A stretch of DNA of 64,000 bases, from contig OX597822.1 of assembly GCA_951406725.2 (NCBI GenBank), forward strand, positions 87,544,001-87,608,000, read 5' to 3'. The notes beneath the pieces were generated by a model. That model did no database searches. It saw only the letters and a program-made list of their open reading frames with translations, and was not told the DNA's origin. This DNA is from Octopus vulgaris. Its lineage: Eukaryota. A program made the translations under genes and the position numbers. Positions 63,994-64,000 of the stretch are shown one piece after another (position 1 is the first letter of the stretch; every line of letters starts with the position of its first letter).

Positions 63994-64000
63994 ATATATA

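Overview
AT-rich animal genomic DNA, most likely an octopus or other coleoid cephalopod (inferred from the SINE and RTE families, not proven). The whole window lies inside one large minus-strand gene. I traced 41 consecutive GT-AG exons (w1-w41 in transcription order, 63038 down to 1453) that splice in phase into a stop-free 5754-nt, 1918-codon frame. This encodes about 18 tandem spectrin repeats with no CH, SH3, PH or EF-hand domain, which best fits the rod of a beta-heavy spectrin (SPTBN5/karst/sma-1 type). Both gene ends are outside the window. The introns hold decayed tRNA-SINEs, RTE, CR1-like, Penelope and RLE-type LINE pieces, mariner remnants, MITEs, a 5S rRNA retrocopy and microsatellites. 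Main observations: (1) an 8+5=13-repeat internal duplication visible in matching exon sizes and intron positions; (2) exon w9 starts with GTAAGT and regenerates the upstream donor after splicing; (3) a 5S rRNA copy fused to an RTE tail; (4) inverted SINEs bracketing an in-frame four-repeat exon block; (5) several perfect hairpins. I found no evidence of a prokaryote-type novel system. Repeat boundaries are approximate; exon boundaries were read base by base.
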